In this document: positions 33,682 through 42,946 of the stretch, piece by piece
Layout of the letters: every line of letters begins with the position of its first letter
Position numbering within the stretch: the stretch's first letter is position 1
Source: an uncultured cyanobacterium
Lineage (GTDB): Bacteria; Cyanobacteriota; Cyanobacteriia; Cyanobacteriales; Cyanobacteriaceae
DNA length: 64,000 nucleotides
Assembly: GCA_963710605.1 (NCBI GenBank)
Contig: CAVQBA010000001.1
Coordinates: forward strand, 299,800-363,799
Reading direction: 5' to 3'
Made by a program: the position numbers and the translations under genes
The notes under the pieces: generated by a model
Database searches by the model: none
Told to the model about the DNA's origin: nothing
Seen by the model: the letters and a program-made list of their open reading frames with translations, nothing else

Positions 33682-34245
33682 TTGGAGGTAATGATGGGGC
33701 TTGAAGGCATTGAACTTCTAATGGAGGTTGAGGAGCGTTTTAACACATCTATTTCAGACTCAACAGCAGAACAAATTGAAACGATCGGTGATTTGCACAG
33801 TTTCTTGATGAAACGCATTGAACAAAGGTTTTCTGATACCTGTCCATCTACTAGGTGGTTTTACATAATTCGTAAAATGTTGGTTAATGAATTTGGTATC
33901 GAACGATCGCTGGTACGCCCATCAGCTTTTCTACAATCGTTGGTTTGTGCCGACAATCGACACAAGTTTTGGCGACAGATTAAATCCACAATTGCCCCAA
34001 AAATTCCAAATTTAAAGCGATCAAAATGGCTACAATGGTATGGTGATGTATTTCCAGAAAACTGCTCAACAGTTGGGCAACTAATCCAACATTGTGTTAA
34101 TGTTAATAGAATTACAGGTGAATTTGGCTCGGACGATTCCAATGCTGTTTATAAGATATTATGTGATTTGGTTAGCAATGTTGCTGATGTTGATTCGTCT
34201 CTACTAAAACCAGAAACCAGCTTTGTAAATGACCTTGGTTTCTGA
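33682..34245 (+). CDS. Hypothetical protein with acyl-carrier-like N-terminus
   Basis: MGLEGIELLMEVEERFNTSISDSTAEQIETIGDL; the canonical phosphopantetheine Ser (DSL) is replaced. Confidence 0.7.
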   Translation: MEVMMGLEGIELLMEVEERFNTSISDSTAEQIETIGDLHSFLMKRIEQRFSDTCPSTRWFYIIRKMLVNEFGIERSLVRPSAFLQSLVCADNRHKFWRQIKSTIAPKIPNLKRSKWLQWYGDVFPENCSTVGQLIQHCVNVNRITGEFGSDDSNAVYKILCDLVSNVADVDSSLLKPETSFVNDLGF

Positions 34246-34532
34246 GCAAATACCCGTCTTCATCTGTTTTGATCTACTATCCGTTGCTATTGTCAATAAT
34301 TATAGCTCGATCGATCGAAGCCAACTATTTTAAGATTTTTAGATTATAGTCATTTAAATTTAGACTGAGACATCAATAATAATCGGTAAAATTTGAGTAT
34401 AAAACCCGCCTTGAATTGCCATTTAAGGCTAATACTCATCCGTTTAATAAATTAAACTAAGATTCTTAACCATAAATTGTCTCATTGTTATTTGAAACGA
34501 CTATAAGTTTAATTCTATGACTAAAAAAAAGA

Positions 34533-34988
34533 CTATAAATAATACTCGCCACAGTTTTGTAGTCTGCCTGAAAATATAATTTCTTTGGTGATTATGTTAC
34601 CGTTTGGGGCAATAAACTCTTCATTGAACTTAAGACGAATTACTTGAGCTGAATCGTGACCTGTAATTCGATCGGTAAAGCGGGGAGGACCCATATCATA
34701 ACCACCACCTGGATCGATCTCACAGCAGTTAGGATGTTTAGCCACAAATTCAGCAAAATTGGCATATGTGTTTTTTTGTTTTAAAGATTGATATTTTCCG
34801 TCAATCAAAATACTCGCAGAACCTAATCTATTCCAGCGATTGAAAAGGGATTCCATTTTCTCTTGCGAACTGAGGTATCTAAATTCTCCAACACAAAATC
34901 CCGAATAATTTAGGGCAAAAAGTATGATAGTTATCGAACAACAGAAAGCCAAGATATAAATATCTTGAACAGATAATAGTTTTTTCAT
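34533..34988 (-). CDS. Hypothetical membrane-anchored protein
   Basis: N-terminal TM segment, LNYSGFC and HPNCC motifs. Confidence 0.7.
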   Translation of the reverse strand: MKKLLSVQDIYILAFCCSITIILFALNYSGFCVGEFRYLSSQEKMESLFNRWNRLGSASILIDGKYQSLKQKNTYANFAEFVAKHPNCCEIDPGGGYDMGPPRFTDRITGHDSAQVIRLKFNEEFIAPNGNIITKEIIFSGRLQNCGEYYL

Positions 34989-35266
34989 CGGTAAAATGTC
35001 AGAAATAGTTTCTATTTAGACAATGGGTTAAGGCACTCGTTATTTATAGATTGGTTGAAATTGAAGATCGATAATTGCCTAATCTATTTACAATTATTAA
35101 TGTTCCTCTTGTTATTATATTAATCATACATTTATTTTTTTTAATGTAATTTGAATAGTATTATATCAGGTTTTGAAATTTTTTTTAAATAAAAAAACTT
35201 GATATTTGTAAATATACGATCGAATATAATTATTACTAGTAATAATATGAGTAGTCGAGATGAGCA

Positions 35267-35608
35267 ATGAAACAGAAAAATAATTTTATCAGTTTGTGTT
35301 TAAGTTTCGCACTTCGTCACATTGATTCGCTATTTTCAAAGAAAGCATATGTACCTGGTCAGATTTGTGACAAAGGTAACAAACCAGAATTTAGAGATTG
35401 TTTGAAACAAAATATTCCGCTGGGTTCAAGTTATGAAGAATTAAAATCGTTTTTATCCAAACATGGCTTTTCTATCGATCGCAGTGAACTAGACAAAAAT
35501 AATTCTTTTCATTTTTTTTGGTCTGCTAATAGTTTATCTAATTATACAATCACTATTATCGGTGTTTGTGATAGCGAACTTAAAGTTATTGAAATGAGAG
35601 TTATTTAG
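35267..35608 (+). CDS. Hypothetical protein
   Basis: 113 aa ORF. Confidence 0.6.
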   Translation: MKQKNNFISLCLSFALRHIDSLFSKKAYVPGQICDKGNKPEFRDCLKQNIPLGSSYEELKSFLSKHGFSIDRSELDKNNSFHFFWSANSLSNYTITIIGVCDSELKVIEMRVI

Positions 35609-35691
35609 TTAATAATAATTAATGGCGAATTATTTTTCAGTGGGATAATGGTGATGTGAGCCAAGTAGAAATTATTGACTATCACGATTAA
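35609..35691 (+). pseudogene. C-terminal remnant of a HigB (RelE/ParE-like) toxin
   Basis: Translates NNN*WRIIFQWDNGDVSQVEIIDYHD*, the typical HigB C-terminus, directly upstream of higA. Confidence 0.8.
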
Positions 35692-35703
35692 CTCTTACAG
35701 ATT

Positions 35704-35985
35704 ATGTTACCAACCGATCGTATTCCGACTCATCCAGGTGTAATTTTGTTAGAAGAATTTCTTCAACCAATGAATATTACCCAAGTAGCTTTAGCTAATC
35801 ATTTGAAAATACCAGTACAACGTATTAATGAAATCATTAGAGGAAAACGGGGGATAACTCCCGAAACAGCATGGTTATTATCTCAAGCATTTAATACTAC
35901 GCCTCAATTCTGGATGAATCTACAAACTAATCATGATTTAGCTTTGAATAAACCTGAAGATGTCAAACAAGTCATTACTGCTTAA
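35704..35985 (+). CDS. higA: HigA-family antitoxin
   Basis: THPGVILLEEFL, RINEIIRGKRGITPETA, TTPQFWMNLQ. Confidence 0.92.
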   Translation: MLPTDRIPTHPGVILLEEFLQPMNITQVALANHLKIPVQRINEIIRGKRGITPETAWLLSQAFNTTPQFWMNLQTNHDLALNKPEDVKQVITA

Positions 35986-36113
35986 ATTCGATGAGTTACG
36001 GCACTCGTTATCGATTGATTTGTTGAAATACATAATGGATAGTTGTCCAACCCATCCGACAACTTAACTTTAATATTGCGATCGTTGTCAATAATTTTAG
36101 CTCGATCGATTCA

Positions 36114-36512
36114 TTATCCATGAAAAAGTTCAAAAGCATAATTATTTAATTTTTGTGCTTCCTCTGGTGTTATTTCACGTTGGTGATTAAGAATGTCGAA
36201 AATATTTAATTCAGTTTTAAATATATCTAATAAATCAGTAGTTTTTACGTTTTGATTATTAATCAAATCATCTAAAATATCTATTGGTTTAAGTTGAGGA
36301 AATACTTCGTTTTTTTCTTCGTAATCATAAACTAGCATTCCTAATATTTTTAAATAATCTCGATCGTCTTGATTTATATTTACTCGATCGAGAATAGTAT
36401 TAATTCTATTTTGAGTTGCTATTAAATGCTCGTGATTAACGATCGGACAAGGAGGAAACTCATCGATCGATTGTAGATAATAATCATTATTTATCGGAGT
36501 TAAACCAATCAT
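36114..36512 (-). CDS. Orphan HigA-like HTH antitoxin/regulator
   Basis: FPP.PI, DYLKILGMLVYDYEE, degenerate C-terminal HTH; no toxin ORF upstream. Confidence 0.75.
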   Translation of the reverse strand: MIGLTPINNDYYLQSIDEFPPCPIVNHEHLIATQNRINTILDRVNINQDDRDYLKILGMLVYDYEEKNEVFPQLKPIDILDDLINNQNVKTTDLLDIFKTELNIFDILNHQREITPEEAQKLNNYAFELFHG

Positions 36513-36681
36513 TTTTGTATCTCTATAATCAACTATTACTAACTATATTATCTGTCTATAACTCGATCGTACTCAATCTGTAATTATCAAAAAGCGTTAA
36601 GAGACGATCGTATTTTAAAAAATCGCTTATATTTTTAATGCTAGAATTAAGAACAAATAAATTTTCCAGAGTAAATTACAG

Positions 36682-36888
36682 ATGAGAAAAATAATTATTT
36701 ATCCAGGGGAGGATGGTTATTGGGTTGCTCAATGTCCTAGTTTGCCCCCTTGTATTAGTCAAGGTGAAACAAAACAAGAAGCGATCGCCAATATTCAAGA
36801 AGCAATAGAATTGTATCTTGAGCTTCTTAAAGAAGAAAACCGTGCTATTCCTGAAGATAAAGTCGAAACAGTTACCCTCGCTATATGA
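36682..36888 (+). CDS. hicB: HicB-family antitoxin
   Basis: GYWVAQCPSLPPCISQGETKQEAIANIQEAIELYL. Confidence 0.9.
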   Translation: MRKIIIYPGEDGYWVAQCPSLPPCISQGETKQEAIANIQEAIELYLELLKEENRAIPEDKVETVTLAI

Positions 36889-37115
36889 GTAAATTACCTC
36901 AAATTTCAGGTAAAGAGTGTATCAAAACTTTGAGAAAAATTGGATTTTATATCAAGCGTCAAAAAGGTAGTCATATTATTCTGTGTCGAAATGAACCTTT
37001 TACCGAAGTAGTAGTTCCAAATCACAAAAACCTCGACAAAGGAACTTTGAGAGCTATTATTCGACAAGTAAACTTAGATGTGGACGAATTCATTGGGTTA
37101 CTGAAAAATAAATAA
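36885..37115 (+). CDS. hicA: HicA-family toxin
   Basis: RQKGSHIIL..VVVPNHKNLDKGTLRAII; overlaps hicB by 4 nt. Confidence 0.92.
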   Translation: MSKLPQISGKECIKTLRKIGFYIKRQKGSHIILCRNEPFTEVVVPNHKNLDKGTLRAIIRQVNLDVDEFIGLLKNK

Positions 37116-37259
37116 TTATAATGACGATCGTATTTTTAACAATCACTATTAATTCTCCTTTTATAAAAATACTAAAAGCGATTACCATAAGTTTTCTCGA
37201 TTAAAACTCCCCTCTCCTCGCAGGAGAGGGGTTGGGGGTGAGGTTAAATCACTTATTCT

Positions 37260-37607
37260 CTATTCATCCTCTTCTTTTGCTTGTTGAAAAATCTTAGCCG
37301 CAAACTCAGGATTTTCCTTCATCCGCCGAAACAATAAAGGCATATCTTCATAATGTTGTTTCATCAAATCCTCATCCCTAGAAGGTATTCTCCCTGCCAA
37401 AAAAACTAACTTATCATCCTCTAAAGCTAAGTGTTTAGCCAACTTACGAATCAATTCTTCTTTTGGTGCATATTTCGCATTCTCATTTTCTAACTTAGAT
37501 AGATAAGTAAAATCTACCCCCAACTTCTCAGCTAGTTGTCTTTGACTATAACCTTTCTCTTTTCTCGCTTGTCTAATCAAACTGCCAAAATTCGTTTCTG
37601 TATCCAT
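37260..37607 (-). CDS. Xre-family HTH transcriptional regulator
   Basis: FGSLIRQARKEKGYSQRQLAEKLGVDFTYLSKLEN. Confidence 0.92.
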   Translation of the reverse strand: MDTETNFGSLIRQARKEKGYSQRQLAEKLGVDFTYLSKLENENAKYAPKEELIRKLAKHLALEDDKLVFLAGRIPSRDEDLMKQHYEDMPLLFRRMKENPEFAAKIFQQAKEEDE

Positions 37608-37644
37608 TATTTTTTTAATTAAATTGAAAAATTGGTAAAATCTA

Positions 37645-37701
37645 TTGACGAAAAAGTCAACTTTAGTTACTATAATGATAACACGTTGAATAAAAAATCA
37701 A
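37645..37701. promoter_or_regulatory. Sigma70-like promoter with two TTGA-N8-TCAA operator palindromes
   Basis: TTGACGAAAAAGTCAA (37645-37660) and TTGAATAAAAAATCAA (37686-37701); TTGACG-N17-TACTAT. Confidence 0.7.
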
Positions 37702-37711
37702 GCTAAGAGAA

Positions 37712-38701
37712 ATGGCAGAACAAAATTATCGTAGTAAAGAACAAATAATGTCTGCTTTACAGCAGTTGTTAAAACAAAAGCAAGTAGATGAAAGTGAGAT
37801 TGAAACAAAAGAGCAAATTGCTGAAAAAGAAAAGAATCAAGGGTTGTTAAGTAAGGTTGCTGATTATACAGTCGATAATATTGTCAATCGGATGGCGAAA
37901 GTACAATTAGATTTTAGTAGTCTAACTCAAGAGATAGCCAAAAGATTAGAAACCGAATCTGAAGTTGTTACCGAACTAAAAAAAGCAATTCAAGTCGAGC
38001 AAGACAAACTAGTTGAATTACGACAAGTAAGATTAGTAGCTGATGCTCTGTATATTTTACGTCAAGAACATGAGGAGAAGACTAGATTTTTAGAAAATCA
38101 AATTGAGCAAGAAAAAAGTCAAATACTTGAGCAACAAGAAAACAACCGTAAAATGTGGGCAAGAGAAGAAGCCGAATTCGCTACTTTAATTGAAGAATCG
38201 CAAGAGTTATTAAGACGACAAAGAGAGCAACAAGAAAGCGATTATAGCTATCAAGTTGAGGTAGAGAGAAAACGAGAAACCGATGAGTATGAAGAAACAA
38301 AGAGAATACAAGAAAGAGAATTAAGACTTGCTAATCAGGAGAAAAATAAACGGTGGGAAGAAAGAGAAGCAATTTTAGCCGAGCAAGAAGAAGAATTTGA
38401 AGCTAATCAAGAAAAAATAGCTAGTTTTGAAGAAACGATAACCACCGAAGTTAATAAAGCACGTGGTGAAGCGATTAAGGAAGCGACAAAAGATGCTCAA
38501 GTTAGAGGTGAATTAATTGAAAAAGAATGGGAAGGCACAAAACAAGGTTTTGAGTTTACGATTACTTCTCTTGAAAACACAATTTCTCGACAAAACGAAG
38601 AAATAGAAGCAATTATGAAGCAACTAGAAAATGCTACTACTCAAGCTCAGAATTTAGCTTTACGAGCTTTTCAACCGGGTAACAGCGGTAACAATAGTTA
38701 A
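37712..38701 (+). CDS. Coiled-coil-rich protein (paralog 1)
   Basis: 329 aa, almost all E/Q/K-rich helix; shares motifs with the next ORF. Confidence 0.85.
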   Translation: MAEQNYRSKEQIMSALQQLLKQKQVDESEIETKEQIAEKEKNQGLLSKVADYTVDNIVNRMAKVQLDFSSLTQEIAKRLETESEVVTELKKAIQVEQDKLVELRQVRLVADALYILRQEHEEKTRFLENQIEQEKSQILEQQENNRKMWAREEAEFATLIEESQELLRRQREQQESDYSYQVEVERKRETDEYEETKRIQERELRLANQEKNKRWEEREAILAEQEEEFEANQEKIASFEETITTEVNKARGEAIKEATKDAQVRGELIEKEWEGTKQGFEFTITSLENTISRQNEEIEAIMKQLENATTQAQNLALRAFQPGNSGNNS

Positions 38702-38816
38702 CTGTAATCAATAATTATCAACTAAATATGTTGTTAATACTCAATCAAAAGTTATCAATCAGTAACTCTTAACTCTTAACTCTTAACTCTTAACTATCAA
38801 CTATTAACTATTAGTC

Positions 38817-39911
38817 ATGGCAATTAATTCTAAAAGTACCAAAGCACAAATCTTAGAGGCTTATAAACAGCTAGAAAAAGAAAAAGCACAAATACAAATA
38901 CAACTGAGCAAATCATCAACTAATACCGAAAGAAGAAGTGTTTCGAGTAATCAATCCCCTGTTAACCCTGTAGCTAATAATACCCCTAATCGATTGATGA
39001 ATCCTATTGCTAATCTTACTGATATTAATCAAGTTATCCAAAGTCTCGAAGGTTTACAAGTTGGTTTTGGTAGTGCGGTTAGTCAACTTTCCGAAAAATT
39101 AATCACCGAAGCAACCAGTTTTACTAACTTACAAACAGAAATAGAAATAGAAACCACTCAACTAGAAGAATTACATGATTTAGAAACGATCGAACACGAG
39201 ACTTTATTGGATTTATTAACTACCTATCAAGAAAGCGAAAAAAACTTTAGTCAAGAATATAATCAGCAAAAAGAAATTAGACATCAAGAGTTAGATGATT
39301 TATCGAGACAATGGTTAAAAGAACAAGAAAATCATCAACGAGAAATTAAACTTCGTAATGATAATTATGCGAAGACAAAACAAAGACAAGAAGAACAATA
39401 TCGTTATGATTTGGAGTTAGAAAGAGAAATTAATTATGATAATTATCAACAAGAATTAAAACTACTTTATCAACAGTTAGAAGATGCACAAGAAGATCGA
39501 GAAAAAGTATGGGAGCAAAGAGAAAAAGCGATCGATGATCAAGAAACCGAATACGCTAAAGCTAAACAACAAGTTACTGAATTTGAAGCTAAGTTAAAAG
39601 CAGAGGTGAAAAAAGCGGAAGATTCAGGCAAAGGAATTGGTACTTATCAAGGTAAGGTAAAAGCAGATTTAAGAAGTAAAGAAATTCAAGGTGAAAACCA
39701 AAATTATGCTTTAAGAATTCAGGCTTTAGAGTCAACTATTAACAATAATCAAACTAGAATTAATCAGTTATCCAAACAACTAAATTCGAGCCTACAACAA
39801 GTTCAAGATTTAGCCGTAAAAGCGATTGAAGGTTCGTCTAGTCGTAACTCTTTTGAAGCGATGAAAGAGGTAGCTTTAGAACAAGCTAAAAACCAACCAA
39901 AAGGAAAGTAA
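38817..39911 (+). CDS. Coiled-coil-rich protein (paralog 2)
   Basis: 364 aa; KSTKAQILEAY start, QVQDLAVKAIEG near the end. Confidence 0.85.
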   Translation: MAINSKSTKAQILEAYKQLEKEKAQIQIQLSKSSTNTERRSVSSNQSPVNPVANNTPNRLMNPIANLTDINQVIQSLEGLQVGFGSAVSQLSEKLITEATSFTNLQTEIEIETTQLEELHDLETIEHETLLDLLTTYQESEKNFSQEYNQQKEIRHQELDDLSRQWLKEQENHQREIKLRNDNYAKTKQRQEEQYRYDLELEREINYDNYQQELKLLYQQLEDAQEDREKVWEQREKAIDDQETEYAKAKQQVTEFEAKLKAEVKKAEDSGKGIGTYQGKVKADLRSKEIQGENQNYALRIQALESTINNNQTRINQLSKQLNSSLQQVQDLAVKAIEGSSSRNSFEAMKEVALEQAKNQPKGK

Positions 39912-40198
39912 AAATTGATAATATTGAGAATTAGATAATGATATTTCAAAGTATAAAACCCACCTCGAATTAAAATTAAAGGCTAATAGAAATCGTTTAA
40001 TAAATTAAACTTTACCAGAAATAAAATAGTTCATTTTAATGAACGTAATCTATTAGCCTTCGCAATTCATACTCAAGGCGAAATACAGTAAAAACGTTAT
40101 TTTTCAAATTGATGTTAATGATTAACTGTTTGCTTTTAGACAAAATTATATTACTTAATCTCTGATTTTATTGGAAAGCTAGACAGGTTAAAAACTGA

Positions 40199-42727
40199 AT
40201 GCTTGAAATTCATCCCCATAATCTAATGAAAAAAGATTGGCAAAGAGAAGTCGAGAAAGCATTGCTAAATGAAGAATTAGACCAAAACGATCGTTTGATA
40301 ACCGAATTAATCGGTTTTATGCCCATTCCTGAAAGATTTATTAGTAAGTGGATACCGACTGAAAAGTTAATTGAGGGCGTAAAAAATCCTTATCTGTTGC
40401 AAACCGATAAAGTTAAATTACTAGAAAGATTAGCTCGATCGGCTGAAGCCGGCGCTGCGCGATCGGCTATGATGGGAGACAAATTATTTGTCGGTTTATA
40501 TCCGCAAACACCTGTATATCTTCTAGAGTCGTTAGCAGGAGATACACAATTAGCTGTCAGGATTGCGATTAAAATTAATGATAATATACCTCTTGAATTA
40601 AGCAAAACGATCGAACATCAATACAATATAGCTGTAAATTGGGAAACACCAGTAGAAGTTTTAACCAATTTAGCAGAAAGTAAATGGGCATGGATAAGAC
40701 AAACAGTTGCTCAAAATTTTAATACCTCAGCAGAAACTTTAAGCAAATTAGCACAAGACAATATTTATTCAATACGTTTAGCCGTTGCCCAAAATGATAA
40801 TACTTCAACACAAATATTGGATTTGTTATTGAATGAAAACGATGGGCAAATAGAAAAGGCTATTGTATCTCATCCTCATACTTCCGATGATGCTTTATTT
40901 AAAGCACTTCCTAATTATCATTATGAGATAAGTAAAAGAATAAATTTAAGTAGCAGAATTTTAGAAGGATTATATCATTATAATTATGATGGTTACGAAA
41001 ACGATCGATACACTAGTAAATTAATTAGTCATCCTAATACACCTGATTTTATTTTGTCTCAAATAGCCGATGAAATACCTCAAGATAAAATCAAAAAAGA
41101 TTTAATCAATTCTCCTTCTACTGATACATTCAAAACAAAAAATGATGATGATGATTTTTACCAATTTGTAATTAGTCAATGTCAAGATATTTATAATCTA
41201 CTAGCTCAAGATTCAGAAATGTATCTTGAAGTTTTAGATAAAATCAAACAGACAATTTTGCACTATAAATTACTTAGCTTAGGAAAAAAGTCGCAATACT
41301 CTGGTTTAAGTTTTGATTACATTTTTCTTTTGATAATAACTCCATCAGAAACTTTAGTCTCGCTAACAAATAAGTTGGCTAATGAAGGATATTGGCAAAG
41401 AAATAACGATATATATAATTCCCGTTTATCACAATATGAAGAGTTATGTAACAACTTAAATAAAATCTTTATAGCTAAATATTATAATCAAGTTACTTTT
41501 AACAAAAAAAATAATTTTATTTCTTATTCAAAAGTTTTCAGTAACAATCTATTTAAAAACTATGTTTCTTTTTCACCTAATTTCGATCGATATGAAACAA
41601 TAAAGTTATTAGATAAATATATTCGATCGGATATACCATTTGTTCGTTTAATGTGTTTGTTACATCCATTATTACCTAAAAAATATTTAACTGGAAATTA
41701 TCCTTATAAAAGTTGGTTACAAAATTATTATCATCAAACTAACTCTTCAAAAATGATAGAGAGTAAATTAGGTTTAAGCAAAAATAATCAAACGATCGAA
41801 AAAGAAAAACTATCAGCTACTTTAAATATTTTAATTGAACCCTTACAAAATGAATATCCAGATTGTGACGATACTTTTCATGGCTACAATCTTTTTGATT
41901 GGGATAGTGCCAAACAAGCAAAATTTACAGTTAGCAAACTAATAAAACAAATATTTGCTACCAAAATTATTAATCCAGAAGAAACAATTAAATTATGGCA
42001 AAAAAAAGAGTTAGAAATAGACTCTATTGACAAAAAAACGAAAGTATTTAGAAATCAACAATATCAAAACATTCTGCAATTATTACAACAAAATTGTCAA
42101 TTTTTGACTACTCACAGAATTACATATAATAGTTCTTCTCGCTATATTTATGATTATGATGAAGATAATTATTTTGATTTTGATATTATTGTCGGAAAAG
42201 TAAAAGATAATTGTTGGGTAAGTATTATCGCTTCATATTTTGTGCGACATCAATTTTGTGACTGGATTATTGATAAACCATTAAAATATAATAAATTTAA
42301 GAAAACAATCTCTCAACGAAATAATGTTGTACCATCCGATATTCAAACAATACAATTACAATTAAAAATAAATAATATTTTACAAAATTTACCTAGTTTG
42401 AAATTGATTTTTGGTGATTTTGACTATTCTTATTTTTATAATTACAAAATATTTTCCTCTTTTGCTACTACAAAAGAATTAGCGATCGAACAATCTCTTA
42501 TTCATGCCAAAATATTAAGAATCAGACAATTTGAATCTTTTAAAGATGTAGAATCACATCCATATTATTTAGATAAAATAGGCGAATTTATGTCAGAAAA
42601 ATTAACTGATATTAAAGTATATAATTTTGCTTTTCTTGATGATGCTCGTACTTATATTATTGGTAAAACTCCTCAAAAAGATTCTCTAGGAATTTATATA
42701 GATAGAGGTTTTGAATATAATCCTTAA
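40199..42727 (+). CDS. Leucine-rich-variant/HEAT-like repeat protein with C-terminal NuiA-like domains
   Basis: IRQTVAQNFNT / IRLAVAQNDNT / AIVSHPHT repeats; the C-terminal KLTDIKVY..TYIIGKTP..LGI resembles nuclease A inhibitor. Confidence 0.65.
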   Translation: MLEIHPHNLMKKDWQREVEKALLNEELDQNDRLITELIGFMPIPERFISKWIPTEKLIEGVKNPYLLQTDKVKLLERLARSAEAGAARSAMMGDKLFVGLYPQTPVYLLESLAGDTQLAVRIAIKINDNIPLELSKTIEHQYNIAVNWETPVEVLTNLAESKWAWIRQTVAQNFNTSAETLSKLAQDNIYSIRLAVAQNDNTSTQILDLLLNENDGQIEKAIVSHPHTSDDALFKALPNYHYEISKRINLSSRILEGLYHYNYDGYENDRYTSKLISHPNTPDFILSQIADEIPQDKIKKDLINSPSTDTFKTKNDDDDFYQFVISQCQDIYNLLAQDSEMYLEVLDKIKQTILHYKLLSLGKKSQYSGLSFDYIFLLIITPSETLVSLTNKLANEGYWQRNNDIYNSRLSQYEELCNNLNKIFIAKYYNQVTFNKKNNFISYSKVFSNNLFKNYVSFSPNFDRYETIKLLDKYIRSDIPFVRLMCLLHPLLPKKYLTGNYPYKSWLQNYYHQTNSSKMIESKLGLSKNNQTIEKEKLSATLNILIEPLQNEYPDCDDTFHGYNLFDWDSAKQAKFTVSKLIKQIFATKIINPEETIKLWQKKELEIDSIDKKTKVFRNQQYQNILQLLQQNCQFLTTHRITYNSSSRYIYDYDEDNYFDFDIIVGKVKDNCWVSIIASYFVRHQFCDWIIDKPLKYNKFKKTISQRNNVVPSDIQTIQLQLKINNILQNLPSLKLIFGDFDYSYFYNYKIFSSFATTKELAIEQSLIHAKILRIRQFESFKDVESHPYYLDKIGEFMSEKLTDIKVYNFAFLDDARTYIIGKTPQKDSLGIYIDRGFEYNP

Positions 42728-42946
42728 TCTCACTCTACAAATATAATCAAGGGTTTATACCATAAACCCCTACAGTTTTGAATAAATATAGCTAAATGAA
42801 TTTATAATTACACTTTTTGTGTTGATGAAAGTCTCCTCTTTGAAGGGGAGAAACACGAGGGGTTGGCGAGAGTATAAGTAATCACAAATTCATTCGGCTA
42901 TATAACTACAAATAAATATTTGAGCCAACTTAATACTAATCATTAA

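Noticed and set aside
30587-37150. Prophage or classical integron
   Set aside because: No phage structural genes or tyrosine/serine integrase, and I could not identify canonical attC RYYYAAC/GTTRRRY boxes.
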